DNA from: Paraspadella gotoi
Taxonomy: Eukaryota; Animalia; Chaetognatha
Direction: 5' to 3'
Assembly: GCA_051294375.1 (NCBI GenBank)
Contig: CM119268.1
Span: 5,631,221-5,695,220, forward strand
DNA length: 64,000 nucleotides
In this document: in pieces, positions 27,287-39,015 of the stretch
Position numbering within the stretch: position 1 is the stretch's first letter
How the letters are laid out: the number at the start of each line of letters is the position of its first letter
Made by a program: the position numbers and the translations under genes
The notes under the pieces: model-generated
Database searches by the model: none
What the model was told of the DNA's origin: nothing
What the model saw: the letters and a program-made list of their open reading frames with translations, nothing else

Positions 27287-29809
27287 TTAATAATAATAAT
27301 AATAATAATAAAAATAATAATGAAGCAATAATAAAAGTCTGAATCATTACAAACAAAGGATATTTGAGATTTTCAGGTGCAACCCAGGCGTAACGGCAGT
27401 GGAGGTGCCACGCAGATGCCGAAACTCGCGAGGCGTTAGGTGCACTTCGAGTTGGCGCCAAAATTCGAAACTCGGACGTCAGAAAAGGTGGCGAAAATAG
27501 GGGGAAGGAGATGAGGGAAGAAGAAGAAGATTTACGAGGAAGGAGAGGAAGAAAGTAAAGGAAAAAGGTAGAAGAAGAAGAGAAAAAGAAGGAGAAAAAG
27601 CAAGTGAAAGAGAAAAATATAATTATATATTATAATTATTTCATTGTCGGCGTAAAATTAGGCGTAAGTATTCTACTTATTATTGATAATGCTAAATTGA
27701 AATTCTGTGATAGGCCACCCCTAATTATAGAGTCGGAATCTAAATTTAAGAAAAATAAAAAGTAAAACATGAAACAATTACAAATTAACCATTTAATTTC
27801 TCTATTCTCATTTACATCTTGTCGTATACCAACTAATCGCTAAATTTTTTATAAAAGTTAAAAATCTCTCGTTGAAACATGTAAACTGATCGATTGAATG
27901 CCGGCGAACTGACTTATCAATAAGCAAACATTCTCGAAACACGGTCCTTTCATGTCCAAACTAATTGGACCAAAGGCTTGATAAGTATCCAAGTCAACCA
28001 AAATTTTGGGTGGGGCAGAAAGCTCTCTAGATAAAAAGAGAAACTTAACCTTCCAGAATCGGAAACCTGTGTCTCTGCGATGTTGCTCCTTAGTTCCTTA
28101 CCTAGCTGACCTCCTTGCTGGGTTGAATAGCTGGGTAATAAGACCAGCTCGGCTCTCGCCCGAATAGGTCAATGTAAGGAAAGCCCCCTCCAGAGATGCC
28201 GCGTTAATCTCTGCGCGATTGTTTCCCTTTTATTGTTAATTACAATAAATAAAATAATATTCTTTGAAATATTATACCACTTCATTGATAGGGAAGCAAG
28301 GTTCACTGGGAGTGAATAATAAGACTGTGAGAGAGTCTTGATTGAAAGCTTGCAGAAACCTGCTTTGTTATTATCTTGTAAGTGTGATGGAGGCCTAAAA
28401 CCACCAAAGCCTGTCCAAAGTCAGGGACAAGATAGCTTATTTATTAAATGAATGGATAATTTTTATATTGGTTGTACCAATTTCATAATAATTTAATTAA
28501 TAAATTAGTTAATTTGATCCGAAATGTTTGTTTTTAGGTCTTTTCGTCACTGATCACGACTAATTCAACGAAAAGGAGGAAGAAGAGGATAAAAATTTAA
28601 ATTACAACAAAAAATGAGGCATTTTAATTATTATGATTACGATAATGATATAATGATAAAAATGATGATGTAGATTATGATATCGATGATGATGATGATG
28701 ATGATGTTAATGACACAAACGTCTCTGTTTTATGCCCTCATCTATGAACTTTTGAGCTCCACATTCTTCTTGATCCAAACGAAGCGATAAACCAGAAACA
28801 TGTGTCGATTTTTGGAAAGAAAAATGACGACGACGATGATGAAGATGACAGTGAGGAGAAAGATGACAGCGACGATGATGATAATAACGACGATGACGCT
28901 GACGACGAGATGACATCAATTATGACCGAATGATGACTGGTATAGATTGAACCTTAAAACATTAGGAAAGATAATGATGACAACAATGATGTTGTTGATG
29001 ATAATTTTTGTAGAAATAAAACGTCATTGACGAGATAAGATATGGATGATGACAAAGATGATGACGCTGATGACACTGATGATGATGATGATGATGATGA
29101 TGATGCTGACGATGATGATGATGATGACGACGACGACAGAAATAAGAAGAAAAAATATTTTGTGGGCGAAAAAATTTTGTTTTGCGATGAAGATAATTTC
29201 AAGACAGAAGAGACGACGACGACGNNNNNNNNNNCGACGACGACGGGGAAAAAGTCAATCCGCCACAATCCCAAACCCTAGTAGACGATGACGAAGACGA
29301 CGACGACGAAGATGACGACGAACGAATCAGACAAATTTGTTTCTATGAAAATGTGCGACAATAAACGACAACGACGGTTATGACGACGACGACAACGACG
29401 ATGACGATGGAGGCAGACAAATTTAGAGCCGAAATTAAAGCAAAAAAGAAAATTGAAGAAAAGATCAAAAATGAAAAAAAAATTTTGTCAACACCAAAGC
29501 AGAAAAGAAGCGGATTTTGGAATTTGGATTTTTTTTTTTTTGGTTTTTCTTTCGATATTATTTCCTTGGTTTTTCTCAAGAGATTCGCCTTTGTTTGTCT
29601 GTTTATCGTTTTCAGTTTATAACAAAACTCCGACATGTTTATATATGCATGGGTTTTCATTTTGAGTTTTGTCTTTGTCTATTTGTCTTAGTATTTGTAT
29701 TCCTAATACATTGTTTATAATCAATTTATTCTCTCTCTCTCTCTCTCNNNNNNNNNNNNNNNNNNNNNNNNNCTCTCTCTTCTCATCTCTCTCTCTCTCT
29801 CCTCTCTCT

Positions 29810-29847
<38 letters not shown>

Positions 29848-29853
29848 CTTTCT

Positions 29854-29891
<38 letters not shown>

Positions 29892-29923
29892 CTCCTACTC
29901 TCTCTCTCTCTCTCTCTCTCTTG

Positions 29924-29988
<65 letters not shown>

Positions 29989-30263
29989 TCCCCAAAGAAA
30001 AGTCATGAGGCGATTTAAGGCGATCTCAACCAAAACAAAGCGAAAACGAAGGGAAAATTCGAAGCGATTCCGGGCACCAGATGAGAGAAAGAGGGAGAGG
30101 GGAGAGAGAGAGAGAGAGAGAAGAGAGAGAGGAGAGACAGAGAGAGGAGGGAGAGAGAGAGAGAGTGAGAGGAAGGAGAGGGCGACGAAGGATTAAATCA
30201 ATGTCACCCACGCTGACCGTGTGCAGAAGAGCGCGGGGAGTAAAGTAGTTCATCTGAGGAGAA

Positions 30264-30344
<81 letters not shown>

Positions 30345-31336
30345 GTCCGCGACTTCATGCTCTAATGGAGACAGAGCGTTAGACTAACTTTTGTGAGACC
30401 GAGAAAGGAGAAAATAGAAAAAAGCGCGAAAAAGTGTCATTTACTTTTTTATGACATATTTCGATTATAACACTTAAAAACTTATTGAATTCCTATTTCT
30501 TAAGTTTGAGTTTTTTTCTTAAATCAATCTAAGTGTTACAACTTTGTTCTGTTACAAACTCTAAAAATAAAATGTTTAGAAATTTTTATTTTTTCAAATC
30601 TCAAATTTTTATATGAACAAATGAAAAGAAAATTTAAAAAACAAAATGACATTGTATTGACAACACTAGATCGTATAAACGAATGATAGATAATTTGCAT
30701 CTGATCTTATTACTATTTTTTTTTAAATTGACGACTTGGTTAAAACGAAGTCTAGATCTGGTTTTAACATTTTTAATTCGGATTTATGGGCGATGCGATA
30801 TTTAACGAAGGGAAAGATTTGATTTAGCGAAAAAATCCAAATAATTGATTTATCTTTGATGATTCAGTTCGCCGATTGGTTGAGAGTTGATTGATTAGAA
30901 AAAGCCGTTTCGTGCGGAATTCGATTAAGTGACATAGGATTTAACGAAGTTCGATTTTATAGACTCCATCGAATTTAACCGAAGTTATTTATGTGCCATC
31001 AATTTAACGAAGTTCGATCAAGGACGATGAAAGAGGAACGAGAGCGAGGAGAAGAGGAAGAGATGAGGAGAGAAAGCCGAAAGAGAGAGATGAGGGAGAG
31101 AAGGAGGAGATGAGTAGAGAGAAGACGAGAGAGAGAACGAGAGAGAGGAGAGAGAGAGATCAATTTCATCGGCGATCTATTACGTAACAATATAATAAAC
31201 AATATTCTGTTCCGACAAACAATCATCGAAAGCCGCGAATAGCGATTAACCAGGAAGTTCGGAATTTCGCGCGAAGCGGAAAAAGAGCGCGGCGAGGCAT
31301 TTTTCCTCCCGTTTTCGCGTCTTCTCTCTCTCCATG

Positions 31337-31375
<39 letters not shown>

Positions 31376-32232
31376 TCTCCTCTTCTCGTTCTTGGGTTCT
31401 CGCGCGCCGACCGAATTGGCGCGCGGGTTAGCAGAATAGAAGACGTACTATGGAAAGCAGGGAAGGATCGAGAGGAATGTAACATTGTTTCAATTTCTAC
31501 ATTTTAGTATATCAGACTACTGAGGACTTTAGTTGGACCAGCTTTTAAAAATTTGAAGTCTCTCACTCAGCCTTTTGTTTTAATTTGTTTGTTTCACCTT
31601 GTCCTGTTCCTCCGTCCGTCTGTTTTTCAGTCCCGTTTGTCCGTCTGTTCAATTAACACGATTCTGACTGAATAAATATAAGATCTCTCTTAATGTAAAT
31701 TGTTGTCGTTACGTCGTCGTCGTCGCCCTCGCTCGTCGCCCTCTTACTATTGGCCATCAGGTCATCACAGTCTCCTCGGCCCAAATTCTTTACTCAAAAT
31801 TTCTAACCCAGACCTTTTGTCACTTCTCCCTTGACCCGCAGAACCCTCTTGCCGGGATGTCTCCCCATAATCTCCCTCGACCGTCCAAACTGGATTCTTC
31901 TAAAATACTACATCAGAGAGTAGTGCCAACGAAAAACTCTCTCCTCTGTTAAATTGGTAAAGATTTTTTAAATTTTTTAAGATTAAAAATTAAAGATTAA
32001 GATTAAAGATAGATAAAGATTTTAAAGATTTTTTAAGTTAAAGCTTGTGAACATCTATCAATTTGAAAGTTTATGTCTTTTACTTTTTCGTCTCTCTTTC
32101 CTTTTTATCGAGCCTTGACCGGCTGAAGCCGGGTTCAGGCTCTTATATTTTAGGGTTGTTCTTTGTCGTCGTTGTCGTCGCTCGTCGTCGTCGTCTTTCG
32201 TCGTCGTCGCTGTCGTCGTCGTCGTTCGGTCA

Positions 32233-32263
<31 letters not shown>

Positions 32264-32362
32264 GTTCGTCGTCGTCGTCGTTTCGTCGTCAGTCGCGTCG
32301 TCATCGTCGTCGTCGTCGTTCGTCGTTCGTCGTTGCGTCGTTCGTCGCTCGTCGTTCGTCGT

Positions 32363-32418
<56 letters not shown>

Positions 32419-32848
32419 TCGTCGTTCTCCGTCACGCTGTTTTTCATATATAAAAACTACTACGCTTTTATGTAGGTTTGGCTGCTGACTTACCGTTTTT
32501 TTCTTTTAAATAAAAATTATTATGAATTCATGATAAAGTTTTACAAAAGTGTGCGATCATAGTAATTAAAATTTAGATATGGCTTTTCATCTTGAAATTA
32601 GCTGTGATTATTTTCATATTGACCATTTGGATTTAGAGTATTTTTGTTTCCCGGAATTTCCACTTCATTATGATTTACGTGCAATGATAGTGCATAATTG
32701 AACGATGGGTAATAGTTTCTCATTTGATTATATCCAAAGCATTAGTGAGAATATAGAAATGCTTTAATCTAATTTACATATTGCAGTATATAATATTGAA
32801 TGATGATAATCGAAAAAATAATATTGTTATAAATTTTATTAAAGATGG
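20891..32848 (+). repeat. Large repeated unit, copy 2 (L+M+R, ~12 kb)
   Basis: Colinear with 43233-55358 throughout; differences are mostly 1-bp indels. Confidence 0.97.
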
Positions 32849-32857
32849 ATCTCTCTC

Positions 32858-32859
<2 letters not shown>

Positions 32860-32897
<38 letters not shown>

Positions 32898-33543
32898 CGC
32901 GACTTCATGCTCTAATGGAGACAGAGCGTTAGACTAACTGTGTGAGACCGAGAAAGGGAGAAATAGAAAAAAGCGAAAAGTGTCATTTACTTTTTTATGA
33001 CATATTTCGTAATATAACACTTAAAAACTATTGAATTCCTATTTCTTAAGTTTGAGTTTTTTTCTTAAATCAATCTAAGTGTTACAACTTTGTTTCTGTA
33101 CAAACTCTTAAAAATAAAATTGTTTAGAAATTTTTATTTTTTAAATCTCAAATTTTTTTTAATGAACAAATGAAAAGAAAATTAAAAAACAAAATGACAC
33201 TTGTATTGACAACACTAGATCGTATAAACGAATTGATAGATAATTTGCATCTGATCTTATACTATTTTTTTTTTAAATTGACGGACTTGGTTAAAACGAA
33301 GCTAGATCTGGTTTTAACATTTTAATCGGATTTATGGGCGATGCGATTTAACGAAGGAAAAGATTGATTTAGCGAAAAATCAATAAATTGATTTATCTTT
33401 GATTGATTCAGTCGCGATTGGTTGAGAGTTGATTGATTAGAAAAAGCCGTTTCGTGGGATTCGATTAAGTGACATAGGATTTAACGAAGTTCGATTTAGA
33501 TGCCATCGATTTAACGAAGTTCTATTTAGTTGCCATCGATTTA
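32860..33543 (+). repeat. Partial extra copy of an R sub-segment (equivalent to ~30270-31000)
   Basis: GAGAGTTTGTCGCGACTTCATGCTCTAATGGAGACAGAGCG through TGCCATCGATTTA; reverse complement of ~37895-38580. Confidence 0.95.
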
Positions 33544-33823
33544 GTCCTCAAATCTCTCGCTCGGGGATGAAAATCCCCGTGGATGCGGTCGATCAAAGAA
33601 GCGTTTGGGCCATTTTCATGTCTCGTTTCGAATAGTTTGCAGTTAGTATACACAGACTAAAGAAACGATTCCTTCAAACTAAAGCTATCCTGTCACAATA
33701 TCGTTGCCACAGATCGTGATTCACCAATCAAACGGCTCCAAACCTATTTTAAAACAAATGTTGAGTGTCTGGTGGTCCGCTATCACCAACAGATGGATTA
33801 AGCGGTGATTGCTTTCGCGGAGC

Positions 33824-34090
33824 GCCGTCAGTGGCTCAAGTGGACATAGGTTGCACCATCCCGAATGTGGCGTCCCTGGTTCGAGCCCTGGAGGTTGTGC
33901 AATGTAAAAGTGGGAATGGGACCGGGTACGCCGCCTGTAGGCATGGGCGCTACTGCCAAGAATTCCAGAAGTCGTTGGAGCTACATGAACATGCTGTCCG
34001 CTGTGACACGAGTGAACCGGCTGCGGGTGTGGCGCCCTGTAAAACCAGCCTTCAAGTGAAGCCAAAGTCCGAATCACCATCCCAAATAAC
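33824..34090 (+). mobile_element. tRNA-derived SINE (Pol III A and B boxes)
   Basis: A box TGGCTCAAGTGG at 33832-33843 and B box GGTTCGAGCCC at 33878-33888, with a 4/5-paired T-arm CCTGG-TTCGAGC-CCTGG. A ~200 bp GC-richer body follows, then T runs near 34098-34111. No complete cloverleaf; the 3' end is approximate. Confidence 0.7.
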
Positions 34091-34482
34091 GATTCCCTTT
34101 TTCTTTTTTTTATCTCTTTAACGAATCAATCAACCTTTGAGATCTCCCCGTTCTCCGTTTCTTACCCACCCGGTGACCACCTCCTAACCCACCCTCCTAA
34201 CTCCTGACCACACCTAACATTCCATCCAATCCCGTCCAATTTCCCATCCGCCCCCATAAATGACCAGCGTCCCAACCAAGCCAACCCATCCCATCTATTC
34301 CTCTTTTGGAAAGCGGGTCTCGATCACGCAGCTTCGTCGCCAAAAATGCGATGCCTTCATAAACCATTTCCTCATCCCATGACCATCAACATGATGGCGC
34401 TGTCTCCGGCTCGCTTCTTAATCTTTCACTCTGCCGTTCTCTCTCTCTCTCTCTCTCATCTCTCTCATCTCTTCTCTCTCTC

Positions 34483-34513
<31 letters not shown>

Positions 34514-34699
34514 TCTTCTCTCTCTTCTCTTCTTAACTCCGAGCAAACAGGGCAAAAAGGTGGTCCGGCACCATCCAAGGAAAATAACGAAAAGAATAGT
34601 TCTTGATCGGATTCAGTCATTTATGCAATTCCGTTCTTATCCATTTTTGATAATTCGGCCATATTATAACAAAACAGCCTCGTTTCAAGTGTTATAATT

Positions 34700-34884
34700 C
34701 AGGTTTAAAATGAATGTCAGCAAGGTCTCGGTATAGGTGAGTGGATGGAGGTTAAAGGATTATATTTAATATTAGGGTTAAGCATTCGGATTAGAAATGA
34801 GGAAAACAATTATAATTGAATTTTAAAGTTAGATTTCAGTTTAGGGATTAAAGGAAAGGAAATGGGGCGCTTTTCGAAAAATAG
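34700..34884 (-). mobile_element. Second, inverted copy of the telomere-like element family seen at 3889
   Basis: The reverse complement of 34859-34884 (CTATTTTTCGAAAAGCGCCCCATTTC) matches 3893-3917 at 22/26 and adjoins a TTAGGG/TTAG-rich tract. Confidence 0.45.
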
Positions 34885-35169
34885 TACCGATATCTCAGTA
34901 TTCGTTTGTTGTTGACGTCATAATTCAATCGAGCGTCATTTTCCAAGCCGTATTTCAATGCTAAAATAATTTAATTTTATACTGAATTTCATCATGATTC
35001 AATTTTCGACATCCGATCGTTTGCTTTTTTCCGCCAAAAAGAGATCTGTCCTCGGTTCATTATTTGAGAATAAATAAAAATTATGCGGTTAAAGTTTATG
35101 TCGATCGACTTTTTTAATTTTATCGGAACTGTGGATGCCACGGAGAACGGCCTCGGTCGAGCCGGAGTC

Positions 35170-37533
35170 TCAACATTATTGTATCACACTTTATCACGCA
35201 TAATCTCATAATAATTCTGTATTTTTATAAAAATAAAAATACTGTTTTGTATATATGCGTTCTCTCAACATGTCTAATATCTCTTTTCTATATTTAAATC
35301 GTAGTTAGTTTTTATATTTTAATTTTCGAACAATCGCAGTCAGTTTGACACGCGCACGCACACACTCGTATCGTTACGAGCACGACGAGAACAAAGAAGC
35401 AACCCTTAAACATTATAGAGCCTGACCGCGTGCCTGCTTCGGTATATCCGGCTCTCTGTATATATTATAGAGTATATTATGATAGAGTACTCTGAAATAG
35501 AGGTGCGAGGAGAAGAGCTGATATAAATTCTCTTCATATATTGGATATAATGTTATCACTTCGATCGAATCGCTCCTTTCATATATCTACTTCTAAAGAG
35601 AGATTTCTATTCGGAAAACTCTTGAGACGCTCTATTAATGCACATGGGGTAATGTTATATCTCTAGAGTGGTTTACACTCTCTAATAAGGACTGCTATGT
35701 GAAAGAATATCTTTACCAAATCTTTAACAGTAATCCTGCTCTCGGTGACGTCATCCGTTTTGTTCGTTCTTGGCTATACACTTCCCCTTTCCGATGTAAG
35801 TTCTCTCTCTATCTCTAAGCAATCTATCTTGGATCTGCGTTGCATGTGCAGTATTCTCTAAGCGATGATAGAGAGAGACACTGCCCAGGAAAATTCGGTC
35901 GTTCACAGTGGCATGTGGGCAATAGTTGGGTCTCGCTGGCGGTCAAAGGCGAGAGTTATGTTCTCGAGCATAAAGGGTCTTCTTCCGCCGATTTTGAAAT
36001 TTGGAGTCTAAGCATTTGGAGATTCCGATGCCCGTGTATTGCATGCAGAGTCGCGATTTGACTCTCGCATAAGACCGAATTGAAGTGAAGACGCTGAGGA
36101 GCAGATCTCGGAGAGCAGACGGCGAGAACTGAGACAGTATCTGACGACGACACAATACATAATATCATTATGTTAAGAGTTAGGTATTACTTTAATTTTA
36201 GTTCAAGTCAGCATGAAGTCTGAGTAGTTTGACATCTAGACTTCGAAACCAGCCACTTAGAACTTGAATATTATGATTATATATATATAACATGTCAGAG
36301 CGGGTCACTTGGAGTATGGAATCACAGAAGAAGAGACATATGAAGGCGATTAGACAACAAAATATTTAAAACATAAAGAAGGGCATGATGTGCGATGGAG
36401 AGCACTATCAAATGATCTTAATAATATACTTGTTACCTGTTTATTACTCTCCTTTGGTCTGGTCTCAATATATTTATGATTTTAAATAAAAATCAGGCTA
36501 TTAAAAATTTTGTACCACACATCGATGTGATCAATTCTCCTTCTTCTCTTACTTCTTTTGACCTGTTATAACATTTAATATCCACTTCTTCCCCTAAATT
36601 TTCTTTTCCTAGCCTCCGGTGCTGAAGTCCTTTCATCGAAAACTCACCGCGGCCGCAGACCCTTCCAGTGTCCACAGAGAGCAGGAGGAGAGAGTATGAT
36701 AGGATAAGATGAGAGAGTAAGAGACGAGAGAGATGGGAGTATGTATGAGGAAGGCACGACGACGAGACACACAGAGAGGAGAGGAAAATGCATCCAGCAA
36801 CAAGCTTCAAATATTTTAACACCAGAGAGTATTTTCAAGAGGAGCACAGAGCAGGAAGATCTCCTCATACACGACTCTTCCTCGGTGTTAAGACGGACAC
36901 GGTAAGTTAAATAAATTTCTCGTCGGTTGTCAGAGATAAATATATTATGTTTGTGGAGTACTCACTCTACGCCACTGATTTTCTCTATTACTTCTGAGAG
37001 TGCTTGCCATAATATTGAGATTCAGCCGATTCACTTGGATACAGTCGCAAGTAAAGTCAAATTCATATCTCGCGGTACATGGACGAACGATTCACTGTAC
37101 ACATACAATGCTCCCACATCTCGTATCTCTCCTCTCTCATCTATGCATCTCTTCATTCTACATCTATATTTAAAGTATTTTTGATGTCTCATAATTCTCT
37201 CAGTGCTCTCCCGTGGCTGCAAATTCTCTCATTTCTCTCTCCTCTAATCCCCTCAGCTCTCTCCTCTTTCTCTCTACCTCTTCTCTCGTCTCTCTCTCTC
37301 TTTCTTCTCTTTCTTCTCTCTTCCTTTCTCTATCTCTTCCTCTCTTCCTATCTTATCTTCCTCCTTCTCCTCTCTCTCTTCTCTCCTGCTTCTCTCTCTC
37401 CTCTCTCTCTCTCTCTCATTCCTCTCTCTCTCAGATGTCCTGCTCGTCTCTCTTCTCTCTCTCTCTCTACTTCCTCTCTTCCTCTCTCTCGTCCCCTTAC
37501 CGCTTTTGATTCGAACTTACGACTGTTAAAGAG
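35170..37533 (-). other. Extremely noisy, insertion-inflated copy of ~14190-15730 (probable raw low-quality long read)
   Basis: Anchors stay in order: AAGAAGCAACC..AACATTATAGAGCCTGACC 35394/14555, TTTTAGTTCAAGTCAG 36196/15057, ATTTATGATTTT 36472/15210 and TTCTTTTCCTAGCC 36601/15287. Confidence 0.85.
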
Positions 37534-37558
37534 NNNNNNNNNNNNNNNNNNNNNNNNN

Positions 37559-37616
<58 letters not shown>

Positions 37617-37788
37617 GGAGAGAGAGAGAGAAGGACGCCGAAAAGGAGGAAAATCCTCCCGCGCTTCTTTTCCAGCTTTCGCGCGAATTCTCGACTTCCG
37701 GTTTATCGCGATTCGCGGCTTCGATAGATTTTGTCGGAGACAGAATATTTTTATTATTTGTCCGTAAATAGATCGCCGATGAATTGAT

Positions 37789-37830
<42 letters not shown>

Positions 37831-38550
37831 TCTCTCTCTCTCTCTCTCTCTCTTCTTCTCTCTCTCTCTCCGTTCCCCTTGCATCGAACTTCGTTAAATC
37901 GATGGCAACATAAATAGAACTTCGTTAAATCGATGGCATCTAATCGAACTTCGTTAAATCCTATGTCACTTAATCGAATCCACGAAACGGCTTTTTCTAA
38001 TCAATCACACTCTCAACCAATCGCGACTGAATCAATCAAAGATAAATCAAATTTATTGATTTTTCGCTAAATCATCTTTTCCTTCGTTAAATCGCATCGC
38101 CCATAAATCCGATTTAAAATGTTTAAAACCAGATCTAGCTTCGTTTTAACCAAGTCCGTCAATTTAAAAAAAAAATAGTTTATAAGATCAGATGCAAATT
38201 ATCTATCAATTCGTTTATACGATCTAGTGTTGTCAATACAAGTGTCATTTTGTTTTTTATTTTCTTTCATTTTGTTCATTAAAAAAAAATTTGAGATTTA
38301 AAAAAATAAAATTTCTAAACAATTTATTTTTAAGAGTTTTGTACAGAAAACAAAGTTGTAAACACTTAGATTGATTTAAGAAAAAAAGCTCAAAATTAAG
38401 AATAAGGAATTCAATAGTTTTTAAGTGTTATATTACGAAATATTGTCATAAAAAAGTAAATGACACTTTTTCGCTTTTTTCTATTTCTCCCTTTCTCGGT
38501 CTCACACAGTTAGTCTAACGCTCTGTTCTCCATTAGAGCATGAAGTCGCG

Positions 38551-38602
<52 letters not shown>

Positions 38603-38764
38603 CGCTCTCTTCTCCTCTCTCTCTTCTCTCTTTCTCTCTCTCGATGAACTACTTTAACTCCGCGCTCTCCGCACCCACGGTCAGCGTGGGTGACATTGAT
38701 TTAACTCTTCGTCGCCCTCTCCCTTCCTTTCTCCCACTCCTCTCTCTTTTTCCTCTCTTCCTCT

Positions 38765-38802
<38 letters not shown>

Positions 38803-38914
38803 CCCTCTCCTCTCTTTTCTCATTTTGTGCCCGGAATCGCTTCGAATTTTCCCTTCGTTTTCGCTTTGGTTTTGGTTAGATTCGCCTTAAAATCGCCTCA
38901 TGACTTTTTGGCGG

Positions 38915-38956
<42 letters not shown>

Positions 38957-38978
38957 AACAGAGAGAGATTTGAATGAG

Positions 38979-39015
<37 letters not shown>

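Noticed and set aside
33721-34121. Three overlapping 64-119 aa ORFs, or a functional tRNA
   Set aside because: The ORFs overlie the SINE. The tRNA-like head lacks pairable acceptor and anticodon stems.
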